64,000 bases of DNA from a virus. This document shows positions 49,301 through 57,254 of this stretch, in pieces. Position numbers and translations under genes: made by a program. Position 1 is the first letter of the stretch, and each line of letters begins with the position of its first letter. The stretch spans positions 110,187-174,186 of the IMG/VR virus record IMGVR_UViG_3300044701_003269; one strand, given 5' to 3'. The notes under the pieces were generated by a model. The model saw nothing but the letters and a program-made list of their open reading frames with translations, did not search any database and was not told where the DNA came from.

Positions 49301-49875
49301 TAGAGGAAATTGTAGATGTTGATTATGAAGGAGATTTTGGAATAGTTGTTGGAGTTTCAACAACATCAGTTGGAGTGGCATCTACAGCTGTAGTTTTTGA
49401 TTTGTTTATCCCAACAGAGTCTTATTTGAGAAATACTAATATCAATGTTGGAATTGCAACTACAGGGATTAGCGGGATAAAAACAGATTATTACTTTACA
49501 ATTTTCAATTCAAATATTGGTTTTGGTCTAACATCTTTAGATTCTACAAATAATATCGTTGGAGTTGGAACTTCATGCCTTGATAATGTTTATAAAGCCT
49601 CTAGTGTTTCTATAGCACAAACTAGCGTCCTTGGAATCGGAATAACAGATGTGACCCGAGTTGTTGTAAGTGTTTTAGATTATAATGGTTTGGTTGGTTA
49701 TGGATACAGCGGTTTTTATGGAGAATTCAGTTGGGGTAGATTAAGTAATTTCATTAGAAAAAATCCGTTAAACTTTAATTCTTACAATACCAACGGAATT
49801 TCGGGATTAAATACATCAACTCTAGTACAAAGATTAAATCCACTAAGTTATATTGGATACTCAACAACTTTATAA
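37366..49875 (+). CDS. gp7: Giant baseplate wedge initiator (gp7-like, 4169 aa) with internal YHYH-like domain and repeated beta modules
   Basis: Position between gp6 and gp8; QLPDFVREEYP, DFYSSKGT, DNDYYQNFSYSIKS, HTSGFKKFG. Confidence 0.8.
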   Translation: MSNTRVKIASIVQSQLPDFVREEYPLVSEFLKEYYNSLEVSGGTLDVLQNIDRYVKIDELTKSLSGRIITVRIQDPQSFFTISGGFSVNELIVFKNGTRLLLNTDYFVFSSTELSLVEECINGDILEFYIQTPSTTFLKSEVGFTDDVINVESTYGFPESNGIIKIDSEIILYKSKTETSFVDCKRGFSGITSYRTENTTDQLTFSTSQVENHENNSSVENLSLLLLKEFLLKIKKQLTPGFENKTFVDGVNQSTFIKQVKDFYSSKGTEDSYQVIFKALFGENIEILRPRDYLFKPSDANYRITRDLVVESVSGDPMSLLNRTLYQDESGSEESQFFSKAYGTITRVEKIQRLNKNYYVLSLDADYSKDLTVDGTVYGNFKIHPSTKLTTNADLNSAVLTVDSTIGFPKTGELTYSVNGQEYINSYIIENITQFSLFGTTDVEIPKGTDIKINNFAYSEFGGNIVKVRITGVISDVSFDKNNYLMSKGETFKVNTLGYPAKGVLANNWIFNIANKFKVKQIIGPKSSNASLNLFSYEVITIDKNNFYIGDIVKLISSDGNINDYTIRGINNENSVSIEGPSIGNLNLKFLIERSIVKPKFTNFDYINQYSANVQNVYIPNSNENAGIFVASNSLPNYLNENIDIKNPDIVFSGTFGGEILDLSSGNPNNYHGLYTGDSVIYKDTNTSDLRNNLGILSKVYYVEKVDNTRIKLANSKLDLFKKRYVSIENNVSVTNNIFSKNKIKFSTFSSQNFIKNISKPVNGKKFETPVGPVGIFVNGVEAFSYKSEDKVYYGGIDKINVIDGGDDYDVINPPNIEILDENGSNATAYVQVTGELNSIDIIDPGFDYISDPIVTISGGNGSGAVAKVNLTSFRHKVSFNSIESSLFVNLSTNTIGFSTYHKFRDNEQVIYLPNGQTPVGGLTSKAQYYVNVQDSFNIRLHKTLNDSVSGINTINLTSYGVGVHEFEATSIKRKISSFSIIDRGSNYSNKKTSCFSSGVSTTSNIINIPEHGYKTGEILKYTSTSLPIGGLENGKSYYAIKVNDNQFRLSEVGIGSTSKDFYFRTNQTVNLTSIGSSEHIFNYEDIVVSVDGIVGVSTRTGQDFNAVIQPIFRGSISKVFVNNSGVGYGSSEIINYERQPNVVLGIGTGAQLSPIVNNGRITQVLVLNGGSNYNSPPDISIFGNSTTASLVPVISNGRIVDVKVQNSGVGFSTIGTSLEVFTPGNGFKYDCKIKSWTINKVEKNLNSNKILEDDGVLDRYQGTQKGLQYCHFYAPRKLRRSVFGTDFVNGKKVLIQDLNIVRNVEVRSKAHSPIIGWAYDGNPIYGPYGFSSPSGGVVREMKPGYIQKISEDRPDPISESAGRIYPPGFFVEDYQFNNSSDSDLDEHNGRFCITPEFPEGTYAYFATISDGSTETSGIFKNYKKPVFPYLVGNTFNSIPNTQNYQINFTSQQNSSIFSEFSLLRNTSPYNLSSENSQYDFVFNPLKIKEPLIKIESTLLSGIDDVEITSGGTGYKVGDKAIFDNTNTSGSDAYARVSFLEGKEVTSISCASTTYNDVEFYPINSGSFVAFSTIPHNFLNNDIVSIGGLSTSTQFLNAVLQIGVRSDTLTLSKNVDAPSATGIVTYFDVNGSLDFPKIRENDIYELDTEKIKILSVDKLSSRIKVLREFDSSVGTSHTISTVLFEKTRKFTFSIEKDPKINFNLNKEIYFNPKESVSLGTGSTLSFSNPGAGITIISTPAKTIYLPNHKLETGNELIYSTNGGSPIFVSDDNITSFQLLDNQIVYAAKVSEDLIGISTNLVGLGSTGSFVGIDSSITTSILFFTNVGSGDNHSFKTNYSNSLTGEVTKNVVTVSTAETHGLKVNDIVFFEALPGITTTVVVKYNDKNSRLLINPKSFTSSDVDITNNIIFIKNHGYSTGEKVVYTAESSPIGGVSNNEIYYIVRFSKDKIKLSSSYYNSIKNIPEVIDFTSASDGTLSLVNPRIFAVSNQFIKFDLSDESLSYSIESVPYPAFEFVLYKDSNFTEEFIKVEDSEISRLNVTKVGRIGVDENASVTLRTENLDFDLYYRLVPVDLENNSFLKKNIIVDDQNIIENNKILLGKSGYFGFHLLSSVQDSSFNFNIFSFPEIDSYSKFDGNFVYSTNSKNAVGGIKELEITSRGRYYDTSPGISSVFSENGKNAILDPISSSIGKITNFEIEDIGFNYPADQTLYPSAKLPQIIKVNPLSRFKNIGVSSVGIDYSISPDLIVIDSTTNNVVNDVELNYDVETNTVKIIRNTEGIFNSKPTILPVNNSNGVPIKEITFDEISKNVTIELDKSYSFGQVFPFNVGDKVLVENVNIDIDSGKGFNSKEYGYKLFTLTSVNPLFGGTGANIVYNLSQDLLDSEVPGSFDSNNSAGIVTPEKYFPIFDPVLEKFSFLRGEVAKTQSQRGIVLNWNKNVELLKLSTSDDFELNSIIVGESSNAKGIITRIDSNFDAVYNIESSAIVKKGWELETGFLNNQFQVIADNDYYQNFSYSIKSKVDYDTWNDSIGNLNHTSGFKKFGDLVVESIDSISSGISTDQNEGDFSGLVEFVREIDLNCVNDFDLVRERTLNINSQLFSKEFVFNSRSLQDEFISIGNRVLSIDDIGNRFSSEQSSQIFSIVDTFRLTDFRSKKYITYVKDKNSTELRESSLVTLIHDNNEVFLNEYSGLNTGTDLGSFEFSIFSVEGTLRYFPNNFTSDDYTINVISYGIKDDNTGIGSTSIGNLVDLRSSTTIIPSGTSSQTNIVGIGSTYSTSKVLVQFTSSDETYYQFEEITLLSDGNNVSILEYGQLSNATRVGYSTGGIGTYSAYISGSTINLDFTPNVSLATTYIVNTLRVSIASTNVGITTSSLEFNTCEISSNFVAISSSPSPTQIGISTFSTDYESSYYIVSVEDVTNGDYQASEILVINDGSNAYISEFGGIGTSSGLGTFGANYDVISGTTLNFTPIADASINVKIYRNALRVVDTGNDFTSLNLTNANIESDFSEFDGVSNSIRKSFDLLHRGVPIFQRSFQSSDPNIVNIENNRIKITNNFYVGGEELKYDFGQGDPVGIETTTIAGIGLTDKLPSTVYVIKLNDVSIRLASSPENSLKPVPEPLIINSVGVGIHTFTSTRQNARCLITIDNHIQSPIVSTAVTTTLASGSSSSEEQITISDITSIFSGDLLKINDEIIRVNSVGVGSTNSLLVDRGFVGTNAESHSIGSTVTKVLGNYNIVNNTINFADAPYGNTPTSDETNRPDQRDYIGITTRSTFGGRVFLRSGINTTSGVFVDTYSTNYVLDSLSDQFDGVTKEFVLKSSGQDVTGISTSNAIVLINNVFQEPKRTGSVSIVGNYEISENAGISTIEFIGGISSASYDINNSSIPRGGVIVSVASTTGFGYQPLISAGGTSIVSSAGTISNISVGYSGSGYRSLEKYEIITKTSSTISSGSTIIYIDNQNGIFEKLAYSSSNSIGIGSQNVPILGIGNSYVLIGSGSTISQSIESEKSVLVSLNSPYVGLVDVGVKTSSNGILNYEFIGFATVIPGTGNISSNINITNPGSGYTSANPPIVVFDGPNNYDNIPLIYSSGSSGLGTEATVNIIVGQNSSVIDFELENLGYGYNTSQILTVPTGGLTGIPTDASKPFINFELTIDEIFSDIFYGWSIGDLQVIDKIENLFDGVRRNFPIKINGIQSSIRSRTGSNVEIQYTLLIFLNDILQVPDVSYTFNGGSTFTFLDAPNVGDTCKILFYKGTGNVDVLSEDVLQTIKIGDLVRVTSDIAEQNQNNRLITDIISSDLLITNPYTGAGLFEDETILRPLLWCRQTEDLIISGQEIGKDREIYEPLIQPATNIIQNVGSASTEIFVQSVKIFFDDFRENTSQTLKSEIILISQDPQEGSYATANVSTSGTISSLNLVEGGIGFTTDPVVKISNPVGFGSTSTAIASISSGIVTSLTIINPGSGYTTSNPPQVLIEYPKVIVEEIVDVDYEGDFGIVVGVSTTSVGVASTAVVFDLFIPTESYLRNTNINVGIATTGISGIKTDYYFTIFNSNIGFGLTSLDSTNNIVGVGTSCLDNVYKASSVSIAQTSVLGIGITDVTRVVVSVLDYNGLVGYGYSGFYGEFSWGRLSNFIRKNPLNFNSYNTNGISGLNTSTLVQRLNPLSYIGYSTTL

Positions 49876-49882
49876 AAACAAC

Positions 49883-49890
49883 TATAAATA
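49883..49890 (+). promoter_or_regulatory. T4-type late promoter
   Basis: TATAAATA upstream of gp8. Confidence 0.8.
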
Positions 49891-49910
49891 GATAAAAAAA
49901 TGACAAAAAA

Positions 49911-51467
49911 ATGTCTGCGATTATAACTGATCAACTTAGAATATTAAATGCCAAAAACTTTGTTTCGGCAGCAACGTCAACTACAAATAATTATTATACT
50001 TTTGTTGGATTAACAAATGCAACAGATTATGATTCCAATTGGGACTCATTACCTCCTGCGCCAAAAGATAATTTTGACCAGGAAAATGAATATTGGGATA
50101 CAATGATTGCATTGAAAAAAATTACAAGTGGGGACGTTAGGCAGGTAGTTAGAAAGAATATTTGGAAGACTGGAACTACTTATGATATGTATAGCAATGA
50201 TATTAGCAGAACTAATTTAGCTATCCCATCAAACTCCACAAGTTTATATTCTTCTAACTTTTACGTTGTAAATAGTGATTTTAGAGTTTATATTTGCTTG
50301 TATAATGGTATTGATCCGGAAAATCCATCGGGTAGACCTTCTTTAGATGAACCAAGATTCACAGATTTGGAACCTAGGCCTGCAGGAGATAGTGAAGACG
50401 GTTATATTTGGAAATACTTATATACTATTAAACCAAGTGAATTGATAAAATTTGATTCTACTAATTTTATTCCTGTTCCTATAGATTGGGAAACAAACTC
50501 AGACTATGCTCCAATAAGGGATAATGCAATAAATGGTGGGCAGATTAAAATCATAAGAGTTTTGGATAGAGGTATTGGTATTGGAACTGCAAATAGGACA
50601 TACACAAATGTTCCAATATATGGGGATGGTTCTGGTGCAGAGTGTACTATAGTTGTTAACAGCGATTCTGTAGTAGAATCTGCAATTGTAACTAGTGGTG
50701 GGTCAGGATATACATATGGAACTGTTGATTTAGTTTCTGGTGGAGTTCCTTCTGGTTCATCTTCTCCATCTTTTAAAGTTATTATACCACCGCAGAGAGG
50801 TCACGGATATGACATTTATAGAGAATTGGGAGCGTATAGAGTACTGATCTATTCAAGATTAGAAAATGATGTAGAAAATCCAGACTTTATCATTGGAAAT
50901 AAAGTAGCAAGAGTTGGAATTGTAGAAAATCCCCTATCGTTTAATTCTGATGATGCTTTAGCACTAAGCAAAGCAAGTGCCTTATCAGCTCTTAAATTGG
51001 TTGGAGTTGGATATAGTTCTGCAAATTTTCCAGAAAATTCTTACTTCACTCAGACAGTTGGATTAGGTTCAACTGCATTTGGGAGAGTAGTATCTTATGA
51101 TAAAAACACAGGTGTTTTAAAATATTGGCAGGATAGAACACTAGTTGGTTTTAATAGTAATGGTACATCGAATGCAAATCCACTTTATGGTTTTAATCGT
51201 AACTTATTTACCGCAAATCCGGGTGATGGTGGTTCAATAATTATTGAATCTCCTAATGTAAGTGGACTCGGAATAGATACATCTTTTACTGGTGTAACTA
51301 CTACAATAAATAATAGAAAATATTTTCTTGGCCAAAATTTTGTTGATGGTGTTGCTAATCCCGAAGTGGAAAAGCACTCAGGAAATATAATTTATGTTGA
51401 TAATAGACCTTCAATAACAAGGTCATCAAATCAAAAAGAAGATATCAAAGTCATCTTGCAGTTTTAG
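49911..51467 (+). CDS. gp8: Baseplate wedge subunit gp8
   Basis: MSAIITDQLRILNA, RVYICLYNG, DGYIWKYLYTI, QKEDIKVILQF. Confidence 0.92.
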   Translation: MSAIITDQLRILNAKNFVSAATSTTNNYYTFVGLTNATDYDSNWDSLPPAPKDNFDQENEYWDTMIALKKITSGDVRQVVRKNIWKTGTTYDMYSNDISRTNLAIPSNSTSLYSSNFYVVNSDFRVYICLYNGIDPENPSGRPSLDEPRFTDLEPRPAGDSEDGYIWKYLYTIKPSELIKFDSTNFIPVPIDWETNSDYAPIRDNAINGGQIKIIRVLDRGIGIGTANRTYTNVPIYGDGSGAECTIVVNSDSVVESAIVTSGGSGYTYGTVDLVSGGVPSGSSSPSFKVIIPPQRGHGYDIYRELGAYRVLIYSRLENDVENPDFIIGNKVARVGIVENPLSFNSDDALALSKASALSALKLVGVGYSSANFPENSYFTQTVGLGSTAFGRVVSYDKNTGVLKYWQDRTLVGFNSNGTSNANPLYGFNRNLFTANPGDGGSIIIESPNVSGLGIDTSFTGVTTTINNRKYFLGQNFVDGVANPEVEKHSGNIIYVDNRPSITRSSNQKEDIKVILQF

Positions 51468-51472
51468 AAATT

Positions 51473-54400
51473 ATGCCACAGCAAACTAATCTAGACGTAT
51501 CGCCATATTTTGACGACTTTGATAAGGAAAATCAATACTACAGGGTTCTTTTTAAACCTGGACAACCCGTTCAAGCAAGAGAGCTAACAACCCTACAGTC
51601 AATTCTCCAAAACCAAATTGAACAATTTGGAGATCACTTCTTTAAAGAAGGTTCTATTATAATTCCAGGAAATATAAATTATATCGATAATTATTATGCA
51701 GTAGAGATTCAAGAAAGTTATCTTGGGTCTCTGGTACTATCTTATCTTCCATATTTAATCGGAAAGACTATTAGAGGATCGAATAGTGGAGTAAGAGCTA
51801 TTGTAGTTGGAGTTATTACTGCAGATAATTCAGTAAGAGGAACTGATACTTTATATGTCAATTTTTTAAATTCAGATACTTCTACTAATAGTTTTCAGGG
51901 ATTTTCTTCAGCAGAAACTTTGATTTTAGAGCAATCATTAATTGAAAATAGTACAATTGAAGATGATTTGGAAATTATTATTCCAGCAAATCAAGGTTTT
52001 GCTTTAACTATTGAAGGCAATCCAAACTCAATTGGTTCTGCTGTTAGTTTATCGGAGGGTGTCTATTACTTAAGGGGGCATTTTGTCACTGTTGAAGATC
52101 AAGTAATTATACTTGATCAGTATTCAAACACTCCAAGTTATAGAATAGGATTTGAAATTTTTGAAACTATAGAATCTTCATCTGATAATTTTGATCTTAA
52201 TGATAATGCTAGTGGATTTACTAATTTTTCTGCACCCGGTGCTGATCGTTTAGTAATAGATGCAGTATTAACAAAAATTCCATTAAATGAACCTATAAAG
52301 ACTTCATCTGTAAATTTTGTACAGATTTTGGAAGTTAGAAATGGAGTTTTACAAAGACAAATTAATAATCCAGATTATAATGAAATAGAAAAGGAATTTG
52401 CAAGAAGAACATTTGATGAATCCGGAAATTATTATGTAAAATCTCCTTCAGTTTTTGTAAAAGAGACTTTAGACAATCTAAAAGGAAACAATGGAGTATT
52501 TAAAGAAAATCAATTAACTTACAATAGCAATGCAGCATCGGAAGATTTGGGAACATATGTTATTTCCCCACTTAAAGCATTTGTTAGTGGTTTTGAAATT
52601 GATGTTTTGGGGACTACATATCTTGACTTTGAAAAACCAAGACAAACAAAACTTTTGCAGGGTCAGAGTTTAAATTATGTGACTGGCCCAACATATACTC
52701 TCAATAGAGTTCACGGGTCTCCTTCATTGGGAATTTCTACCTCATATTCTTTGAGTCTAAGAAATTCTAGAGTTGGGACAAGTTCTATAAATGCCGCAGG
52801 AAAAGAAATTGGACTTGCTAGAGTTTATGATTTCGCACTAGAATCTGGTTCATATAATACTTCAGTACCAGATGCAAATGAATGGGATATTTCTTTATAT
52901 GATATTCAAACTTATACTGAAATTTCACTCAATGAACCAATAACACTAACTGCACCGACATATATTAAAGGAAAATCTAGTGGAGCTGTAGGATTTTTAA
53001 GATTTAATGCATCCAATTCGGGTATTATTACTGCATATAATACAAAGGGTACTTTTGTTGTTGGTGAAAGATTTATATTTGATGGAATAGAAAACAGTAG
53101 AGTTTCTACGGCAATAACTGCATATTCAACAAATGACGTAAAATCTCTTTATGGAATTGTTGGTGGAGCATCAACATTTACTGCAGATGTTAAGCAATCT
53201 ACTTTAAGAAATGTTGGCCCTGTAGAAATTACTGCAGGTGCAGGTGGAATAAGTACAGTAACTTCATCAGATTTTATTTTCACTGGAATTGCAACCTCCG
53301 GAAATACTGTCGCATTTTCAAATCCGGGACTATCTGTTGTTTCTTTTGCAAAAATTGAAACAGTATCTGATAGCGAACTAACAATTTCTGGAATAGCAAC
53401 TGTATCTGGCGTATGTGATGGTGGTTTGCCTACCACAGATATTACACCAAGTGATTTTAGAATCCTATTTTCCAATTTTCAATCTTCATCTGATAATACA
53501 TTATATACAACTCTACCTAGTAGAAATATTGCATCGGTAGATCTAACAAGTTCTACATTAACTATAAGAAAGCAATATGATGTTACTATTAGTAGTAATG
53601 CAACCAATACAATTATTGCAGAATCAGATGAGACATTTTTACCATATGATGAAGAAAGATATGTTTTAATTTCAACTGACGGAACTACTGAAAGACTAAG
53701 TTCAGATAAACTTATATTCTCCAGTGGTGGGAGAGAATTGACAGTATTTGGACTAGAAACTTCTTCTGGAACAGGTAAATTAATTGCCACACTAAGAAAG
53801 ACTGATATTGACTCTAAAGTCAAAAACAAAAACAGAGTTCAATCTATCATTGTTGACAAATCTAAGTATGGTTATTCTGGAACTGGTTCAACCACAAACA
53901 ATGACGGATTAGTCTTTGGTACATATCCATATGGTACTAGAGTTCAGGACGAGGAAATTTGTTTATTGCAACCAGATGTAACATTCGTTTATGGAATTTA
54001 TGAGTCAAATGATACTTCGGATCCAGAACTTCCAAATCTAATATTAACATCTATAAATGGTCCAACAGCAAAAACCGATGATTTATTAATTGGTGAAGAG
54101 TTTGTTGGTTCTTTTAGTGGTGCAGTTGGAGTATATGCAGAAAGATTAAATTCTTTGAAAATTTCATATGTATCCAGAAATTCCAATACATTTAGAATAA
54201 ATGAACCTATAACATTTAAAGAGTCTGGTATAACAGCCACAATTACTGGTATTGATGCTGGAGATAACAATATTATTTCAAATTATACCTTTGATAACGG
54301 ACAGAGAGAAACAATTTATGATTATTCTAGGATAATCAGAAAATCAACTTCAAAAGAACCAACTAGAAAAATAAAAGTCGTATTTGAATCTGCTAGTTTT

Positions 54401-57199
54401 TCTTCATCAGATACAGGAGATCTAACTACAGCAAGTTCATACAATCAATTTGATTATTGCGATATTTCTGCGGTTAATGGAATAAGAAATACTGATATAA
54501 TTGATATTAGACCAAGGGTTTCTAACTTTACAGTTACAGACTCTTCACTATCTCCTTTCGAATTTAGTGCAAGAAACTTCACAAGCAGTGGTTCTTCTTC
54601 AAGCATTTTAGCATCAGATGAGTCTATTCTTCTAGACTATTCATATTACTTACCAAGGGTTGATAAAATTTATCTAACAAAAGATGGAGTTTTCCAATTA
54701 AATAAAGGAGAACCTGCGGATAATCCGCAACCACCTGCAGATATTGATGACGCTTTAAATATAGCAACTATCACATTACCAGCTTATCTTTGCAATGTTA
54801 GTGAGGCAACTTTGAATCTTGCCGAACATAAAAGATATAGAATGAAAGATATTAAAGTTCTTGAGGATAGGATTAAAAATCTAGAGTACTATACTTCTTT
54901 ATCATTACTAGAATCTGATACTTCAAATCTCTTTATCAGAGATACGAATGGACTGAATAGGTTTAAGTCTGGATTTTTTGTAGATGATTTTTCTACCACT
55001 TCTTCTCAGAAAAAAGTAACTATAGTAAAAAATAGTATTGATGTAGTTAATTCAGAATTAAGACCAGCTCCATATACGACGCAAGTTGATTTAATTTTGG
55101 GGTCAAATTCTCTCATCAGATTGGGAAATAACTTAGATGCAAATCCCGATGCAAATTTTGTAAATGATTTAATTGGTACAAATGTTTCAAAAACTGGAAG
55201 TTTAATAACATTAGATTATTTTGAAGTTGAGGAAATAAATCAACCTTTTGCAACAAGAACAGAATCTGTATCTCCATTTAGAGTTGGATTCTATGGCGGA
55301 ACAATTAAACTTACACCTTCATCAGATATTTGGGTGGACGTTATTAGATTAGAAGCCAATAGTACTGAAGTTGCTACTAATTACATTCAATCAGAATCTC
55401 AAATTTTAGCTTCCGAATTAGATAACCAAAGTGGATTTGGGCCCGTAACTTGGGGTTCTTGGGAAACTGTTTGGACTGGTTCTTCTACAGTAAAAGACTC
55501 CAGAACAGTTAATGTTGGATATTATATTATTAAAGAAGATTTAGAAACAGTAACTAGAACTGGTACTTCTACAAGAAATGGAATTCGAAAAATAACCAAA
55601 GATGAATTTAAAAATGTTTCTCTTGGTGATACTGTATTAAGCACCGAAATAAGTGCTTTTATGAGATCTAGAAATGTCGAATTTGTCGCTCAGAGACTAA
55701 AACCATTTACCAGAGTTTATTCATTCTTTAATGGCATAGACGTAAATAATTTTATTGTACCCAAACTTCTTGAAATTCAAATGTCAACAGGGGTATTTGA
55801 AGTTGGAGAGACCGTAGAGGGTATTGTTGATATACCTGCTAACTTCTCTTCCTTAACTATATCTCCAGTTAGACCATATCCAAAAATAACTTTTAGAGTC
55901 GCTAATTCGAATCATAAGTATGGTCCATTTAATGCACCAACTCAAGTGTTTAGTGCAAATCCATATGAGGTAGGTCAACCAATTCCGGAAGCGTATTCTT
56001 CAACATCAACTATTCTGAATGTAGATACATTTAGTCTCTCACTCCAAGCACAGGGAGATTATTTTGGATATGTTGATGTGGGAATGAAATTGAGAGGATT
56101 GACTAGTGGATCTGAAGCTGTAGTAACAAATCTAAGATTAATCACTGATAAGATTGGTGTTGTAATAGGATCTTTCTATATTCCAAATCCAAATATATTT
56201 GGCAACCCAAGATTTGAAACTGGTCCAAAATTATTCCGAATTACAAATAGTTCCACAAATTCTACTATTGAACCTGCGTTAACCAGTGCCGAAGAAAGGT
56301 ATTTCTCTGAAGGAAAGGTTAATAAGGTTCAGGAAAATATTCTCTCAGTAAGAACTGTGAGAACAGAAACACAAACTGTAATAGAAAGTAGACCAGAAAG
56401 CATAACCGGACCAACAGCAGTTGTGGCAACTACAATTGTTGGAAATACTTTACCGCCAATTGTTCCATTAAGCCCACCACCTCCTGTTGTTCCTGAAGAT
56501 CCACAAGAAGAAATAGACTTCGAACAAGAAATTCCAGAACCTACATTCCCAGAACCAATTGAGACTCCATCCTTTGACTTCCCATCACCAGAACCATTTA
56601 TTCCTGATTTTGGTGGTGGTGACGATTTCCCAATATCTCCACTACCTGAACCTGAACCTGAACCTGATCCTGAACCTATAGGAGAAGATAATGACACGCA
56701 GAGAATTGATGAACCAAGGGGAGGCCGAAAAAATAAGCCTAAAAATACTGGTAAGAGATTTATCAATATTGTAGGTCTTGATGGTAAACCTGGAAATTCT
56801 AAAGGTCCTGCGAAAACCTTTAGGCGGTCAGTTGCAGTTAACACAGTTAATGGTAAGACTTACCTTGAGACTAAATCCAAAGTTGGAGCCAAAAAAGCTA
56901 ACAAGATATTTAAAAATGCAGAGGTTAAAGTAACAAAATCTGATAGGGGAAGGAATGTACCAATAGGACGCGGATTTTCAGTTATTGCGAGTACAACCAA
57001 GGCGCCGAAATTTAATTTACCTAATGTAGGTGTACAATCTCAAAGAAAACTTGCCGTACAACAAGTAAGGGATAAACTTCTAACACCAAGACAGGTGGGA
57101 GGAGTAGGCAACTTGATAACAAATAATAGGCGAACACCAACCCAACCTCAAGCAAATAGAGGTCAAAGTAATAATACTAGGAATAGGAATAGGAGATAA
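51473..57199 (+). CDS. Virion structural protein, VrlC/DUF4815-like, N-terminal part
   Basis: MPQQTNLDVSPYFDDF, QARELTTLQ, ARRTFDESGNY, RIKNLEYYTSLSLLE, RFKSGFFVDDF. Confidence 0.85.
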   Translation: MPQQTNLDVSPYFDDFDKENQYYRVLFKPGQPVQARELTTLQSILQNQIEQFGDHFFKEGSIIIPGNINYIDNYYAVEIQESYLGSLVLSYLPYLIGKTIRGSNSGVRAIVVGVITADNSVRGTDTLYVNFLNSDTSTNSFQGFSSAETLILEQSLIENSTIEDDLEIIIPANQGFALTIEGNPNSIGSAVSLSEGVYYLRGHFVTVEDQVIILDQYSNTPSYRIGFEIFETIESSSDNFDLNDNASGFTNFSAPGADRLVIDAVLTKIPLNEPIKTSSVNFVQILEVRNGVLQRQINNPDYNEIEKEFARRTFDESGNYYVKSPSVFVKETLDNLKGNNGVFKENQLTYNSNAASEDLGTYVISPLKAFVSGFEIDVLGTTYLDFEKPRQTKLLQGQSLNYVTGPTYTLNRVHGSPSLGISTSYSLSLRNSRVGTSSINAAGKEIGLARVYDFALESGSYNTSVPDANEWDISLYDIQTYTEISLNEPITLTAPTYIKGKSSGAVGFLRFNASNSGIITAYNTKGTFVVGERFIFDGIENSRVSTAITAYSTNDVKSLYGIVGGASTFTADVKQSTLRNVGPVEITAGAGGISTVTSSDFIFTGIATSGNTVAFSNPGLSVVSFAKIETVSDSELTISGIATVSGVCDGGLPTTDITPSDFRILFSNFQSSSDNTLYTTLPSRNIASVDLTSSTLTIRKQYDVTISSNATNTIIAESDETFLPYDEERYVLISTDGTTERLSSDKLIFSSGGRELTVFGLETSSGTGKLIATLRKTDIDSKVKNKNRVQSIIVDKSKYGYSGTGSTTNNDGLVFGTYPYGTRVQDEEICLLQPDVTFVYGIYESNDTSDPELPNLILTSINGPTAKTDDLLIGEEFVGSFSGAVGVYAERLNSLKISYVSRNSNTFRINEPITFKESGITATITGIDAGDNNIISNYTFDNGQRETIYDYSRIIRKSTSKEPTRKIKVVFESASFSSSDTGDLTTASSYNQFDYCDISAVNGIRNTDIIDIRPRVSNFTVTDSSLSPFEFSARNFTSSGSSSSILASDESILLDYSYYLPRVDKIYLTKDGVFQLNKGEPADNPQPPADIDDALNIATITLPAYLCNVSEATLNLAEHKRYRMKDIKVLEDRIKNLEYYTSLSLLESDTSNLFIRDTNGLNRFKSGFFVDDFSTTSSQKKVTIVKNSIDVVNSELRPAPYTTQVDLILGSNSLIRLGNNLDANPDANFVNDLIGTNVSKTGSLITLDYFEVEEINQPFATRTESVSPFRVGFYGGTIKLTPSSDIWVDVIRLEANSTEVATNYIQSESQILASELDNQSGFGPVTWGSWETVWTGSSTVKDSRTVNVGYYIIKEDLETVTRTGTSTRNGIRKITKDEFKNVSLGDTVLSTEISAFMRSRNVEFVAQRLKPFTRVYSFFNGIDVNNFIVPKLLEIQMSTGVFEVGETVEGIVDIPANFSSLTISPVRPYPKITFRVANSNHKYGPFNAPTQVFSANPYEVGQPIPEAYSSTSTILNVDTFSLSLQAQGDYFGYVDVGMKLRGLTSGSEAVVTNLRLITDKIGVVIGSFYIPNPNIFGNPRFETGPKLFRITNSSTNSTIEPALTSAEERYFSEGKVNKVQENILSVRTVRTETQTVIESRPESITGPTAVVATTIVGNTLPPIVPLSPPPPVVPEDPQEEIDFEQEIPEPTFPEPIETPSFDFPSPEPFIPDFGGGDDFPISPLPEPEPEPDPEPIGEDNDTQRIDEPRGGRKNKPKNTGKRFINIVGLDGKPGNSKGPAKTFRRSVAVNTVNGKTYLETKSKVGAKKANKIFKNAEVKVTKSDRGRNVPIGRGFSVIASTTKAPKFNLPNVGVQSQRKLAVQQVRDKLLTPRQVGGVGNLITNNRRTPTQPQANRGQSNNTRNRNRR
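56645..56677 (+). repeat. (CCTGAA)n hexamer repeat encoding PEPEPEPDPEP
   Basis: Direct reading. Confidence 0.9.
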
Positions 57200-57207
57200 A
57201 AGTGTAC

Positions 57208-57215
57208 TATAAATA
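57208..57215 (+). promoter_or_regulatory. T4-type late promoter
   Basis: TATAAATA. Confidence 0.75.
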
Positions 57216-57254
57216 TAATATAAATGGGTCAGAAAAATAGGATAAAGAAATAAA

